From: Cladosporium halotolerans
Lineage: Eukaryota
Reading direction: 5' to 3'
NCBI RefSeq assembly: GCF_011745625.1
Contig: NW_027191470.1
Location: forward strand, 434,001-486,472
DNA: 52,472 bases
Shown: positions 37,333 to 49,150 of the stretch, piece after piece
How the letters are laid out: each line of letters opens with the position of its first letter
Numbering within the stretch: position 1 is the stretch's first letter
Notes under the pieces: model-generated
Databases searched by the model: none
What the model was told of the DNA's origin: nothing
What the model saw: the letters and a program-made list of their open reading frames with translations, nothing else
Position numbers and translations under genes: made by a program

Positions 37333-38324
37333 GGCGGGCGCGTATAATTAGATGGGGTGTAGGAGCGAGGAAACGGTGCCGAGCCTTGTCTCAAGCCGGC
37401 GGCGCGCGAGCTCGGCCGCGATGCTGGTGTGCGGTGCGAGCGGGCGGGCGGCGTGCAGCGATCGGTCGGTGGTGGTGAGAGCAGGATGCGCCCGGCGCTT
37501 CAGCTGGTGCTGGTGCTGCGTGTGCTGCTGCTGGGCAAAGGGGAAGGATGGCGGCGCACCCGGCGCGCGCACACGACGGTCGCGCGTAGGAATGCGTGAA
37601 GCGGCGTCGATCTTTCGCGCGTGTATACCGATATCGATATGCGATGCGGCCTCACAAGCTCGCCCACGTCATTTGCTCGCCGAGGTTCTGGAGGATATTT
37701 TAGGATCTCGCGCGAGCAGAGGGAGTTTTAAATAGCAACCCTCTGCCGCTAGCAGCCCCGCATCAGCCCTTCTTCACGTTGTTCGGCGGCCCGCACGTGG
37801 TTGGCTGGCACGTGATCAAAGGGACTTCACGCATCAGAAACACCCAGAAATCGGAAGACAAACCTCCAGCGTAGCTACAACCTTGGTATGCACAGCATGA
37901 CGCGCTCGCTGTGTACAGCATGTATATACATATTCTTCTAAGGTGGATTTGTCCTCATGTCTCAGCGTCGTGGCAAGCTGCTTTATCGTACATGCTCCTC
38001 TTCTATTCGTCACAAGCGAAGGGTCGGCCCTTCGACCATTACGTCCAACCTCTCATTTATCCTTGCGCTCAGACCAGACGTCAAACAGCCCCAATCCAGG
38101 GCGCTGTCCGCATATCTAACATTCAGATAATGCAGTGATGACCAACAATTTGTCGTTAGGCCTGGCCGCACAATACTGCGCTGAACTGTAGTGTAGCAGC
38201 GCATCAAGGCAGTAGTGCGGCGATGTTCAACCGAAGATGAGGACCGTCTTGATTGCCAGCAAACTCAGGCCGCAGTGGCCATCTGTGTAGCTTCGGATCA
38301 CGAAGCAATCTCGATGCCGAATCT

Positions 38325-39641
38325 TCATCCCTTACGAGCCCGTTTGCTTCGCCTGACGGTCCCTTCGACAGCCAGAACATCTTTCTCACCGTCCTCGTCT
38401 TCGCGCTTGATACGCTTCTCAACGACCTTCTCCTCCTTCTTGATATCTTCCAAGACTGGCTCTTCGCCGTCTTCCTTCTTAACCTCAACGTCTTCTTCCT
38501 TCTTCTCCACCTTCGCCACCAGTCTCTCACTGAATGCGCGCAGGTCCGCCGTGAACAAGACGGAATGCGCCCACCCTGCCTCCTTGCCCCACAGACTTCT
38601 GAACTTGTCGCCCACAGCGTCGTACGTCGCCTTCGTCAGACTAGAGTGCTTGCCCTTGCCAAACTTGTAGTCTCGCTGCGCGATTTGCCAAACGTGCGTA
38701 TCAACAGGCACAGCCTCACCCCAGCCCAAGCCCATCAAACAAACACAATCCGCAACCTTGGGGCCCACACCCTGCAGCGCAAGCAACTCCTCATGCGCCT
38801 TCCGGTACCCCTCACGACCCGACGCCTGCCACTCGCCGCCGTCCTCCGCCTTCTGCCCAAGCACCGGCGCCTCAGGGTTGCGCAGCCCATCAAGCCAGCC
38901 ATCCGGCTTCTCCACAACCATACAAGCCGTCTCATACAGATACCTCGCGCGGTACCCGAACCCCAGACTCCTCAGATTGGCCTCGACGCCCTCCTGCGCC
39001 AGCGCAGCGGGCTCGGGGAAGTCATGGTAGGGCTCGCCGTCGAGGTGACCGAGAAGCGGGCCGTAGTGCACACACAGCTTGTGCATCATCTGCGAGATGC
39101 GCGCGATGTTGTTGTTGCTGCTGCAGATGAAGCCGACGAGCGCCTCCCACGCGTCCTGCCGCAGGATGCGCACGCCCGTGAACTTGGGCGCCTTCTTCGC
39201 GAAGTTCGCGTCCGCCGCCGACCATTGCTTGTAGAGTTCGGTGAGGTTGGGCGCAAGGTTCAGGTAGTGCTGGACAAGGGCCGGGGTGTCGTCTTCTTCG
39301 GCGCCGGCGGCGACGGAGGGTGCGTGAGAGGCCGGGGGCGTGGGCAGGGCTGGTTGGGCTGCGGGAAAGGTTGCGCGGTAGTAGAGGTGTTCAGGGTCTT
39401 GGTGGAGGGAGAGGATGCGGTTGTGCAGCGCCATGGACCAGACGCCTGCGTCGTTCTTGCGCCATCTGTGGGATGGATGCGCGGTCAGTATGCTGCGGTC
39501 GAGTGACGTGGGCTAACGGTTGCGCCCTCGGAAGATTGCGGCGCGATACACTCACCGGAAAGACTGTCCGCATCGCAGGGTTGTGTTGATGCAGAGTTCC
39601 GACAGCGAGGACGGGATCTTCTGCCACTCGACGGCTCCCAT
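38325..39641 (-). CDS. OGG1: 8-oxoguanine DNA glycosylase/AP lyase; exons 39641..39556, 39465..38325
   Basis: ELCINTTLRCGQSFRW, RILRQDAWE, FICSSNNNIARI, LGFGYRA, and HhH-GPD GVGPKVADC..VPVDTHVWQIA. Confidence 0.95.
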
Positions 39642-40741
39642 TGTTGCGCCTGGGTGGGTGCTCGGGCGCGCCGGTTCAGCAGAGGTGGACGAGATGATCT
39701 CTCGTTCGGCACCCCACAGCAAGCATCGAGGCACAGATCAAAAGGAGGCTTGAGACAGGATCGGGGTTGTCGGCTCCGGGGCGTCGATCGCGCGGAAGCT
39801 CAGGAGTCGCCAAAGCTTGGCCTAACTTGGCCATATCACGTCTCCAACCCCTTCACTCCCAACAAGCAATGGCTGCGAACTCTGTGTCAGCTCTGGCTGG
39901 TGCGCCTCAGCCGCAAGGCTCCAAGAAAGGTTTGTTCCGCTGCAGGATGACAATAACAGACGAAATAGGCAGCTCTCCAGTGGCTGTACCCCTGCGTCTG
40001 ATATAGACGGGCGTGGATAGCTCGGAGTGAGACACTTCCCTAGAGTATTTCTGGACCACTTCCAAGAGCTCCTTGACGCGACAGGAAATCCTACCACGCG
40101 ACGGAGAAACGGTCACAACAATTATCTTCGTCGTGAGGTCAAGACTTCGCTCACAGCTCCGACGAAGCCATGGTTGTCCATACCGAGACATAGATCTTCT
40201 CCTAGCCAGGAACATGATGGCCGCTAGCAGTGTTCACTAGTCGATCTACCGAATCCGCACCATAGCTCCATCTAAAGATCGTTTCCCTCCCAGGAGGCCG
40301 GCCTAAAGCCACAGGCGTGCCTTGCATGAAGGATGCAACCTTGTTCTGCGGGTACTACCAGACTTGAATGCTAGGCTGCCCATTCCGGGAGACTTTGACA
40401 ACACGAGCTTGCTACGCGTGCTGCGGACGGGCATCGACTGACGGTCGGTATCACGGCGGCCGACTCCGTCGTCGTTTCGACTGTTTCTCCGGGGAGATGG
40501 CGTCCATTGATAAACTCCCAGGCGCGCCTCAGACTCACATGTAAGTAAGACAGACAGCCGTTGTCTCTGTCCTTGCACGGCCCCCTCTCCACTTATCCAC
40601 CCGTTACATCCACTGCATCTCTTGTCTATCCCGACCGTCTCGTTGAATTGGCATTGCAAATGAAGCCGAGAGTTGTTGTCATATAGACAGTGCTGCATTC
40701 CCGCGATGCCGCTTTCGCGGTGCCCATCGCCACACTCTGAT

Positions 40742-42698
40742 ATGAGTACCACCAAATCTTCAAGAGCGCACAGTCTGCGGGAGTCAAAGAGCGTCGATGT
40801 AATCGAGGCCGCTTCCGGTCTTCTCAACAGACCTTACTACCGACCGTCGTCACCAACAAGGACAGAATCCACTTTCGTTGCATCAACAAGAGGCCAGACG
40901 CCGGCTCAAAGATCAAAACTCGCACTCATTCCACCTGCACGTCTTGCAAAGACCAACAACGTCGGCAACGACGATGAGATCCCTGACCATTGGCGCGAAG
41001 CCTTGAAGAATTCTCGTATCACTGTCTGGGACGGTTATGTGCTGGCTCGCAACAACGACACCGGCGAGTTCCGGCTCGTCGAAAAAGACAGGACTCCTAA
41101 TGACCATAGTCCTATCACACCAATCGACGGCAACGAGAAGGGGTTCAACTTGGGCTACCCTCCTCCATCACCCACAGACAGCGACAGAACGCCGCCGCTA
41201 CCCTTGCTGCCTGCTCCGGAGCAGGAGACGCAGATGTCAAGGGCCCATGAAGCCATTTTCGTCATCAATGTCTGCCTGGCTCAACTCTTATCCTTGGGTG
41301 GCCTGTCACAAACAGTTGCACCAGGCTTCATCATCGGCACCAGCTTAGGGTCGAGCTTCGCAACACTCAGCTTAGCAACAGCCGCCTATGGCATGGCGTT
41401 GGGAACCATGATTCTACCCGCTGGTCGGTTAGGAGACATGTTCGGACACAAACGCGTCTTCGTCTTAGGATGGCTGTGGTTCGCAATCTGGTCGCTCTTC
41501 TGTGGCTTCAGCAACTATCGCGGATACACAATGCTGGTTGCAGGCCGCGCCATGCAAGGCATCGGGCCCGCACTCCTTGTCCCCAACGGTCTTGCACTTG
41601 TCGGCCGCAACTTCCCTGTCGGACTCAAGCGAAACTTCTCTATCTCATGCTTCGGCGGCATGGGACCTGTGGGCATGGTCACTGGCTCCGCATTCTCCGC
41701 CCTCTGTGCGCAAAAAGGCTGGTGGCAGTGGTCCTTCTGGGCACTTTCCATGGCCTGCGTGCTGATCAGCGTCCTCAGCCTTCTCATCATCCCGGTGGAC
41801 AGCCACCCTCCCCATCGCCACTCTCAGGCCGGCGTCAGGTGGTGGGTCAAGTTCGACCTTGCTGGTGCTCTTTCTGGCGTGGCTGGCCTCGTCATGATCA
41901 ACTTCGCTTTCAACCAAGCACCCATCGTTGGCTGGAGCCAATCCTACATTCCTTTTGTTCTTGTGCTTGGTTTGATCTCTTTCGCAATCTTCATTTACGT
42001 CGAGCTTCGCGTCGCCTCGTGCCCTCTGATCCCAATCAAAGGCCTCAACCGAGACGCGGCTTTCACCCTGGCATGCATTGTTTGCGGATGGGTAAGTCGA
42101 ACCAAATCCATCACACTGTCATCCCCCCACTGACTGGCATCCCTCACAGCTCTCCCACGGCATCTGGGTCGTCGGCTTCTTCGTCTTCCAAACGCGCTTC
42201 CGCCACCTCACGCCCCTGTCCGCCGTCGCGCGCAAAGTGCCCGTGGCGCCCATCGGCCTCGCCTGCGCAATGTCCGTAGCCTTTGTGCTTCGCCGCATGC
42301 GCGTCGCCTGGGTCATGTTCGCGGCCATGCTCGCCTTCCTGACGGGCACGATCCTGCTCGCCACCGCGCCCGTCGACCAGTCGTACTGGATCAACACCTT
42401 CCTGTCGGTCCTCATCATGCCGCTCGCCATGAACTGGAGCTACCCCGCGGGATCCGTGCTCATGTCGAATGCTGTGCCAAGGGAGAATCTGGGCATTGCG
42501 GCGAGTCTGATTAGTACGATGGTCAACTACAGTATTAGTCTGGGCTTGGGGATGGCTGGGACTGTGGAGAGGTATGTCACTGAGGCGCAGGGCCCGCTGC
42601 CTGCGTGGCGGGCGGGGTTGTGGTTTGGCATTGCCATGAATGTGCTGGGTGTGCTTGTGAGTGGGTTCTTCGTTTGGAAGACGAGGGCAGGCAAGTGA
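40742..42698 (+). CDS. MFS drug:H+ antiporter (DHA2/Atr1-like); join(40742..42091,42150..42698); start uncertain (40706 possible)
   Basis: GRLGDMFGHKRVF motif A, RAMQGIGPALLVPNG and many TM segments; intron GTAAGT..CTGAC..CAG in frame. Confidence 0.88.
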
Positions 42699-43494
42699 GA
42701 CTGCATATGGTGGACGAACCGCTTCATTTCGTTTTTTCCTTTTACCTTTTTCCTTTTGGATTTCTTCATTGATCATCGTGTGGTCGAAAGACATACGAGG
42801 TCGATCACGCTATTTTGGACGGAAAAGCTCTGGCGTCGAGAGCTTTTAGCATGGAATCTCTGATGATTTGAGACCAAGGCATTATGTTTGACGCTTCCTT
42901 CACGGCTGGGATACGGGCCTTAAGAGCCATTAGATAATGAGACCATGCACATAACATTGGATTTCTTGATCGATCTACTTCGTAAATGCAGATTGGTTAT
43001 ATAGACATTCAAAGGGCGTAGTGCACTTCGCTCAATGACTTCCATCTCACCAAAAAGCAGGGGCAAGGCATTGCATGCGCCAACACCTGACGAATCGCAC
43101 ACTCCTACCATTGAGAAGAACATGTGAGCTTCGAGCCTTGGTATTCCGAATACAGGAAAAGCAACAAAGAAACGACAATCTCACGTTGCTCTCAAGAGCC
43201 GAATACCAAGACACGTTTTCTTTGTCCAGAAGCACCCAACATCTCGAAGCACCTCGACTTCATCAAACCTCTCCAGCCGAACAAAGAACGACCAATATAC
43301 GCTCGCTCATCCAGATCTCACAGAACCAACACCGCCCATATCACAATCCTGACCATCACATACGCCTTCCTCGCAAACCAACAACATCATCTCCAGAGCA
43401 CCCACAGAGCAACAGCAACCAATCCAACAATCGCCAGGCGCGACCTCACCCCTTCCACAACCAACCAACCCACCCCACTCACAAACCAAGAAAA

Positions 43495-44169
43495 ATGGCC
43501 CCCCTAACCCGCCGCAACAGCGCCCTAACCCGCAAAATCGCCACCCTCTCGCTCTCCCTCGCGCCCCTCGTGCCCCTCCCCTCGGGCCCGCCCCACCCGT
43601 CTTTCCCCAAAACCCTCCTCGCCTTCCACCTCCTGACCGAAGACGAGCTCGACAGCATCGCCCACCACTACCACCAGAGCACGCCCGGGCCCTGGACGCA
43701 GCACTACCCCGCGCTGATGAACTGGGACAAAGAGTTTCTCGCGCGCCCGCCGCCGCCGCCTGCGGCGGGGAAGAAGAGTCCCGCGAGCGCGGCGGACGTC
43801 GATGCGGCGCTTGCGGCGGCGGCGGCGGCGCCGAAGGAGGAGGAGGAGTTTTTGCGGACGCTGAGGGAGACGGTGGAGGATTTGAAGGCGGGTGGGGCGA
43901 CGCCACCGTGGACCCTGGCTTCTTCTTCACTTGCCTCCTCCGACGGAGCAGTTGATGCGAGGAATCCTTACGCGGGGTTGAGCGATAAGGATCGCATAAG
44001 GATTAAGAGGCGGAAGGTGGGCAAGTTTATTGGGCTGGTGGGGATGGAGACGCCGGTCGAGGAGATCGCGGGGCGGATACAGGCGAGTTTGGACAGGGCT
44101 GTCGAGAGGAGTCGGGAGGAGATGAGGAGGAATGAGGAGGTTGTTTTGAGGAGGAGAAAGGTTGGTTGA
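43495..44169 (+). CDS. Hypothetical fungal protein (224 aa)
   Basis: AAAATG start, strong GC3 bias, and globular-looking motifs PHPSFPKTLLAFHLLTEDELDSIAHHYHQ and KRRKVGKFIGL. Confidence 0.75.
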   Translation: MAPLTRRNSALTRKIATLSLSLAPLVPLPSGPPHPSFPKTLLAFHLLTEDELDSIAHHYHQSTPGPWTQHYPALMNWDKEFLARPPPPPAAGKKSPASAADVDAALAAAAAAPKEEEEFLRTLRETVEDLKAGGATPPWTLASSSLASSDGAVDARNPYAGLSDKDRIRIKRRKVGKFIGLVGMETPVEEIAGRIQASLDRAVERSREEMRRNEEVVLRRRKVG

Positions 44170-44371
44170 CGGCGCTTTTTGTTCTTTTGAATTGGGTCGC
44201 TGGGAAGAGGAGCGGGAGCGGGTTGCATGGAGTGGCATTGCAGTAGTCTAATGGTTACACGTGTAAGCAGAGCGGTGGTATCGTCCGAGTTGTTCCAAAA
44301 ACGCCAAATATTCCATGACAAGAGAAAGTCCAGGATCATCAATCTTCGTCAGTCCCCGTCAGGAAAGGGGA

Positions 44372-45607
44372 TCAATCTTGATCATCAATCTTCTCCCAAG
44401 TCAAACTCGCCTGACTCCCAACCATTTCCTCCCGCTTCAGCTCCTCCGCACTCTCCTGCCCCTTCCTGCCCAAACTGAGCATCCACGCCACAACCGACCT
44501 AGGAGCCACAGCGCCGATGAGATCGTACGTCAGACTGCCCCTTCCGACGCGAAGCATGGCGGCCGGCCTGCGAGCCACGAGCGTGTCGAAAACAGCATTG
44601 TTCAATTCCCTGAGTGGCGTGGCCTTGACCCTCGAAGCCGGCTGGCCCTCGCGCCGCTGCTTCGCGGTTACGGAGGGGATATCCAGGTTGCCGAGCTTGA
44701 ACTGCGTGATCGTCACGCCGGTGCTCTGCTCTTTCATCTCTACGGCAAGCGTCGACGTGAAAGCCTTGAGCGCGGCGTAGATGGCGTTCTCCGCCGCGTG
44801 GCCTGGAGGCTGCAGAGCGGGCGTGATTGAGGGCGTGAGCAGGAGGATCTTCGACTGGTGGGCGATGAGCGTGGGTAGGAATAGCTGGGTCATGGCGATC
44901 GTGTTGAGCATCTTGGCGTTCAGCATGTCGCTCCATTCCTCGTTCGCGAGCTCGCCGATGCGGCCTTCGGGCGCCGCGCCGGTGTCCGGGACGAGCACGA
45001 GGCCCTTGAACTCGAGATGATGCGGCTCGGCGCCGTCGAAAGCTACGTGCTCACGGCCGAGCAAGTTCTGGAAGCGCGAGAGCTGCTCCTGCGCAGAGAA
45101 CGGGTCGCCCAGGGTGATGGGCAGGGGCAGCAGGTCGGCGCGGGACAGGCTGCGGATGTAGGTCTCTTCCTCGGCAGACGAAGTAGCGACATACACCACG
45201 AAGCCCCGTCTCTCCAGATCAAGAGCCACGGCAGATGCGAGCGGGCTCGACGTCGCGCCAGCCAGTACGACGACATCTGTCCGCGCGCCGCTCGCGCTCT
45301 TCCTCGCCCGTCTCTTCTTGTTCGCTTTACGGTTCTGCACGTAGATGCCCGTGCTCACGGTTCCGGTCACGGCGAAAGCCACGAGGGCGGCGGTCAGAGC
45401 TCGATTCCTATCCATCCATCGCGTGATTACTTCGTATGTGGTGGGAGGCGGCAGGCGGCGGGGCGGGGCCTTCACGAGAGCTGAGGGACCTGAGGGAATC
45501 CATTCGCGAAGGTGGGAGGCGACGAGGTCGAAGTGGCGCTCCACGTCGGCGGCGACGGAGTTGATTTGGGTGCGCGCGGCGTCGAAGAGATGTTGCGCGT
45601 CTGTCAT
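44372..45607 (-). CDS. DUF1776-like (SDR-fold) protein with an N-terminal TM segment
   Basis: TM segment followed by KKRRARKSASGARTDVVVLAG..ALDLERRGFVVYV and a C-terminal VGRGSLTYDLIG; family assigned from recall. Confidence 0.75.
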   Translation of the reverse strand: MTDAQHLFDAARTQINSVAADVERHFDLVASHLREWIPSGPSALVKAPPRRLPPPTTYEVITRWMDRNRALTAALVAFAVTGTVSTGIYVQNRKANKKRRARKSASGARTDVVVLAGATSSPLASAVALDLERRGFVVYVATSSAEEETYIRSLSRADLLPLPITLGDPFSAQEQLSRFQNLLGREHVAFDGAEPHHLEFKGLVLVPDTGAAPEGRIGELANEEWSDMLNAKMLNTIAMTQLFLPTLIAHQSKILLLTPSITPALQPPGHAAENAIYAALKAFTSTLAVEMKEQSTGVTITQFKLGNLDIPSVTAKQRREGQPASRVKATPLRELNNAVFDTLVARRPAAMLRVGRGSLTYDLIGAVAPRSVVAWMLSLGRKGQESAEELKREEMVGSQASLTWEKIDDQD

Positions 45608-46166
45608 GGCTGTTGTTGTGATAATGTTGCGAGAGAGACTTGCCTCGAGATTGAAGATGACGTTTGGCGCAAGGTCAAGTCGGCCTGTGAAGCAGCTTCA
45701 CGAGCGGCAAGCGGGGAAGGTCAGTGTCTGGTGTTGCCTGGAAAGCCGTCGACCGTCGGCGAGCCAGCGACTTGTATCTCATGCCAAACGAGTTGTTGAT
45801 ATTCACCGCGTTTGATTGACTTCTTGCATAATAAAAATAATTGATTGCGACGTGCCATTCGCCTACGATGCGCGACGCATTCACTGCCATGCAGCCTATT
45901 CGTCTTAAGCAACGGGAGCATCCACGTGTACAGTAGTCAGGACTCGTATATTTGAAGTGCGAGTTTGAGCTGGTATATAACGTCTTCTTCCTATCATGCT
46001 CTCCCGTCTCGCCGTCCCCCGGCCCCTTGTTAATCCAGAGTCTCGTGCCTGCCTACCCAGATCAAGCGATTCCGCGCTTGAGCTTCGTAGATACATCCCA
46101 GCATCACCCATTAACTCCATCCATGCCATTGCTAAAAGTTTCTGTCCGTCATGCCGCGTCACGTAT

Positions 46167-47158
46167 TTACTCCTCGTCACCGATCTGGAAGGTGTGTTAG
46201 TGCTATGTACAGATTGTAGAAGACAAGCGTGGTAAATACCTTGGGAGCCAGGTAGAACCTGAGATAGCTGTTGTTGGACAGGCCGTACTCGACGAGAAGC
46301 GGCACCTCGTTGCTGAGGCACAGCTTGACCTGCCCGCTGAGGCCGGCGGCCTTGCAGAAGTTGACGAGGTACTTGAGGGAGAAGGTGAGGGCGACGGGCT
46401 CGGTGAGGTTGATCTCGACATTCTTGGCCTCGTCGTCGACGTTGGTGTGCTGGCGGAGGGTGACGGAGCCGTTGCCGATGTCACCGGTGCAGGCGAACTT
46501 GACGCCCTCCTTGGTGCACTCAATCGAGACTGTGGTGTGTTAGGATGGTACTCTTTCTGGGGTGTTGTGTGCAATGCTCTTACCAGACTCCGAAAGGGCA
46601 GACAGATCCCTGGTTATTCTCGAGAACTCCGAGCTGGGCATGGAGATCGTAGCAGCGTACTCGGTGTCGGGGATACCAAGATGTTCTTGGTCAATGTCCA
46701 TGAGCTTGATGTCGTACTCGCTGAGTCTGTCGCTCTCGGCGCTCTCGAAAACAAGGTTGACAACATCGGGGGCATCCTCAGCCTTGAGCGTGAGGATGTC
46801 CTCATTCTGCGCGCAACGGAGGACTTTGGTGAGGGAGGTAAGGTTGATGCCGAGAGCGAGGTTGCGGTCGCAGCGGAAGGGAGAAAAGGACTCGGACTTG
46901 AGCATCATGGAGACGAGGGCAACGTGGGAGTTGTCCATGGCCTGGAGCGCGATACCGGAGTCATTGCAGTCGAAGTTGCAGTCCTGAACGAGATCTTTGA
47001 TGGCATCGACGACCTAATTGACATGTCAGAATGTGCCACATAGATGCTTTGCAGTGGTAAGCATACCTTCTTCAGCAGCTGCGCTTGCTCGAGACGTGCC
47101 TCCAACACTAAGATGGTGTTAGCTGTGCGTTTGTTTGCACGATGTTATGACACGTACT
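46167..47158 (-). CDS. POL30: Proliferating cell nuclear antigen; exons 47158 (A of ATG), 47107..47067, 47013..46584, 46529..46240, 46184..46167
   Basis: [68 protein letters not shown]; four canonical introns. Confidence 0.97.
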
Positions 47159-47335
47159 CTTTGCTGATAAGTGTTGAGTTGTGTTGTGGGAATGAAGTGA
47201 AGAGTTCGTTGGGTATATTGGCAATGTCAGAGAAGACGCTGGCGTGCTGTGGTGGTCGGGGAGTTGGTGAAGGCAGAGATGGTGGGAGTGTCGCGAGACA
47301 CGGTATTATTGCACAGCTTCAAAACTAGCGGTCGG

Positions 47336-47349
47336 TCGCGTCGACGCGT
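47336..47349. promoter_or_regulatory. MCB (ACGCGT) cell-cycle element with an adjacent TCGCGT, upstream of PCNA
   Basis: tcgcgtcgacgcgt about 190 bp upstream of the PCNA start; POL30 is a classic MBF/MCB target in yeasts. Confidence 0.6.
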
Positions 47350-47534
47350 TAAGTGGGTGGGGCTGGCGGGCGAGGGCGAGCCACCGCGACTGGAAGGGGT
47401 CCGTGCTGTGACTGACATACGCCGCTGGTGGTTAAGTTCGAGCAACGAACAGAGACGGATGGATGCAGTCGTCCAGCATCATTATGCTATCTCGACGTTG
47501 ATTATCACAATGTCGCTACTAGGCCTCCCAAATC

Positions 47535-48257
47535 ATGGTATACCGCATAGATGACCGCTGGTTATGGCTAGGCGCCGGCATCGCCCTGTACATCACATTC
47601 AAGGGCATCAGCTATGCGATCCGCGACATCGTCCGCCTAACTGCCATCGAGCCCCTCGACAAGGACCACGACGATGAACGCCAACAGCAGCCAGAGGACT
47701 GTAAGTCCAGCAACCCTCCACCCTTCGAAATGACGCTGACCCTCCCCACAGCAATCTCCCTCGACGCCCTCCGCGCGCTCGCCACCTCGCCCCACCAAAA
47801 CATCAGCAAATCCGCGACCGACCTGCTCGTCGCGCGCTGCATCCTAGCCGAAGGTCTCCTGGACTCCGTGCGAGCGGACATCAAGTCCTCGGACGCAGAC
47901 GTGCGGCGCGCCGCTCGCACGACGAACTCCTTCCTCCGCTCGTGGGCCGACGGCGCCGGCATCGACTGGCGCTCGCGTCGCCCAGGTGCGAGGGGTGGCG
48001 ACGGGTTTGCGGATGCGGATCTGTCGCCGTCGGTGTTGTCGATTGAGAGCGCAGATGAGTTTGAGGACTCGGCTGGTGCGGGGGAGGCGCTGGTTCCCTC
48101 TGAGGATGATCCTGTTGCGGGCTGGGCGGCGGTGCCTCGAGAGCGAGCGGGGTCTGGCGATGGTGAGATGCGACGGCGCCGCAGAGAGGCGATGGTGCTT
48201 TACGGCGGGCTGGGGAGTCCTGGGGAGGAGGACATTATCCGGCCTCGGATGAGATGA
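47535..48257 (+). CDS. Hypothetical protein with an N-terminal membrane anchor; join(47535..47700,47752..48257)
   Basis: Hydrophobic WLWLGAGIALYITF; intron GTAAGT..CTGAC..CAG (51 nt); C-terminal RRRRREAMVL..DII. Confidence 0.75.
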   Translation: MVYRIDDRWLWLGAGIALYITFKGISYAIRDIVRLTAIEPLDKDHDDERQQQPEDCKSSNPPPFEMTLTLPTAISLDALRALATSPHQNISKSATDLLVARCILAEGLLDSVRADIKSSDADVRRAARTTNSFLRSWADGAGIDWRSRRPGARGGDGFADADLSPSVLSIESADEFEDSAGAGEALVPSEDDPVAGWAAVPRERAGSGDGEMRRRRREAMVLYGGLGSPGEEDIIRPRMR

Positions 48258-48375
48258 TCTTTACAGTCGCGGGAAGGCTGCGCTTGACCGTCTCTTGCAC
48301 ACGAGCAGAAGCGCTCAAAAGGCTGATCTGTTCATACATATTGCAGTCCGATCGGCTATCGTATCACATCTCACA

Positions 48376-49150
48376 TCAACACGTCCCACCAACCCTCATC
48401 CTCTCCATAACCTCCGGCTTCGGCCTCACATCGCAGACCTCTCCACAGTTCCCACACTTCCTCGCCTCCTCATTCTTCTCAAAAGCCTGCACAGCAGCCT
48501 TAATCTGCGTCCCCAAATCCGTACACACAAACCCCTCCTCGTGCACCTTCTCCCCGCAGCTCTGACAATACCACCTCAAGCGATCCACACTCCCCTCCGG
48601 CCTCGGCTGCTCGATCACCAGGCCCACCGTATCCGCGAACCGCACCGGATTGTGCGGCACGTTGCCCGGGAGGAGGAAGAGCTCGCCCTCGCCGATGTAG
48701 ACGTCTTTGAAGTCGCCGGTGCTGGGCTCGACGGTCTTGAGCAGCATGCGGCCGCGCACTTGGTAGAAGAACTCGGGCGTGGCGTTGATGTGGTAGTCGG
48801 TGCGGGCGTTGGGGCCGCCGACGATCATGACGGTCAGGGGATCGTTGTAGATTAGATGGTTGTTGATGGGGGGTTTGAGGAGGTGGGAGTTGCTTTCGAG
48901 CCTGGCGGTGGAGAGGGTGGGTTAGCGAGATGTGCAGGGAAGGGAGGGGAATAGGGAGGACGTACCATTTGGGGATGTTGAGCGGGTTTGTGAGGGGAGG
49001 GCCGGCGGAGCGGTCTTTGGGTTGTTGTTGTGAGGCGTAGGTTGCGCGCTGGATGTGTGGGACTGTGGTGCGGGAGATTTGGGTGGTGGGCGCGGCGCGT
49101 TTGAGGGTTTGCCGCGCTGCTGTGGCTAGGGGTGATCTGAGGGACTGCAT
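48376..49150 (-). CDS. BNA1: 3-hydroxyanthranilate 3,4-dioxygenase with N-terminal extension; exons 49150..48966, 48901..48376
   Basis: LNIPKWLESNSHLLKPPINN, MIVGGPNARTDYHIN..PEFFYQ, VPHNPVRFADTVG, and rubredoxin-like WYCQSC..CGNCG. Confidence 0.93.

Noticed and set aside
38135..38184. C/D-box-like GTGATGA...CTGA (also 22990-23042)
   Set aside because: About 50 nt, with no convincing terminal stem or recognisable rRNA guide.
43075..43494. N-terminal 140 aa of the 364-aa ORF
   Set aside because: C/A-rich leader-like sequence; better start context at 43495.
28909..47158. Apparent DNA-repair cluster (RAD1, OGG1, PCNA)
   Set aside because: Separated by unrelated genes; no shared elements seen; chance proximity is likely.
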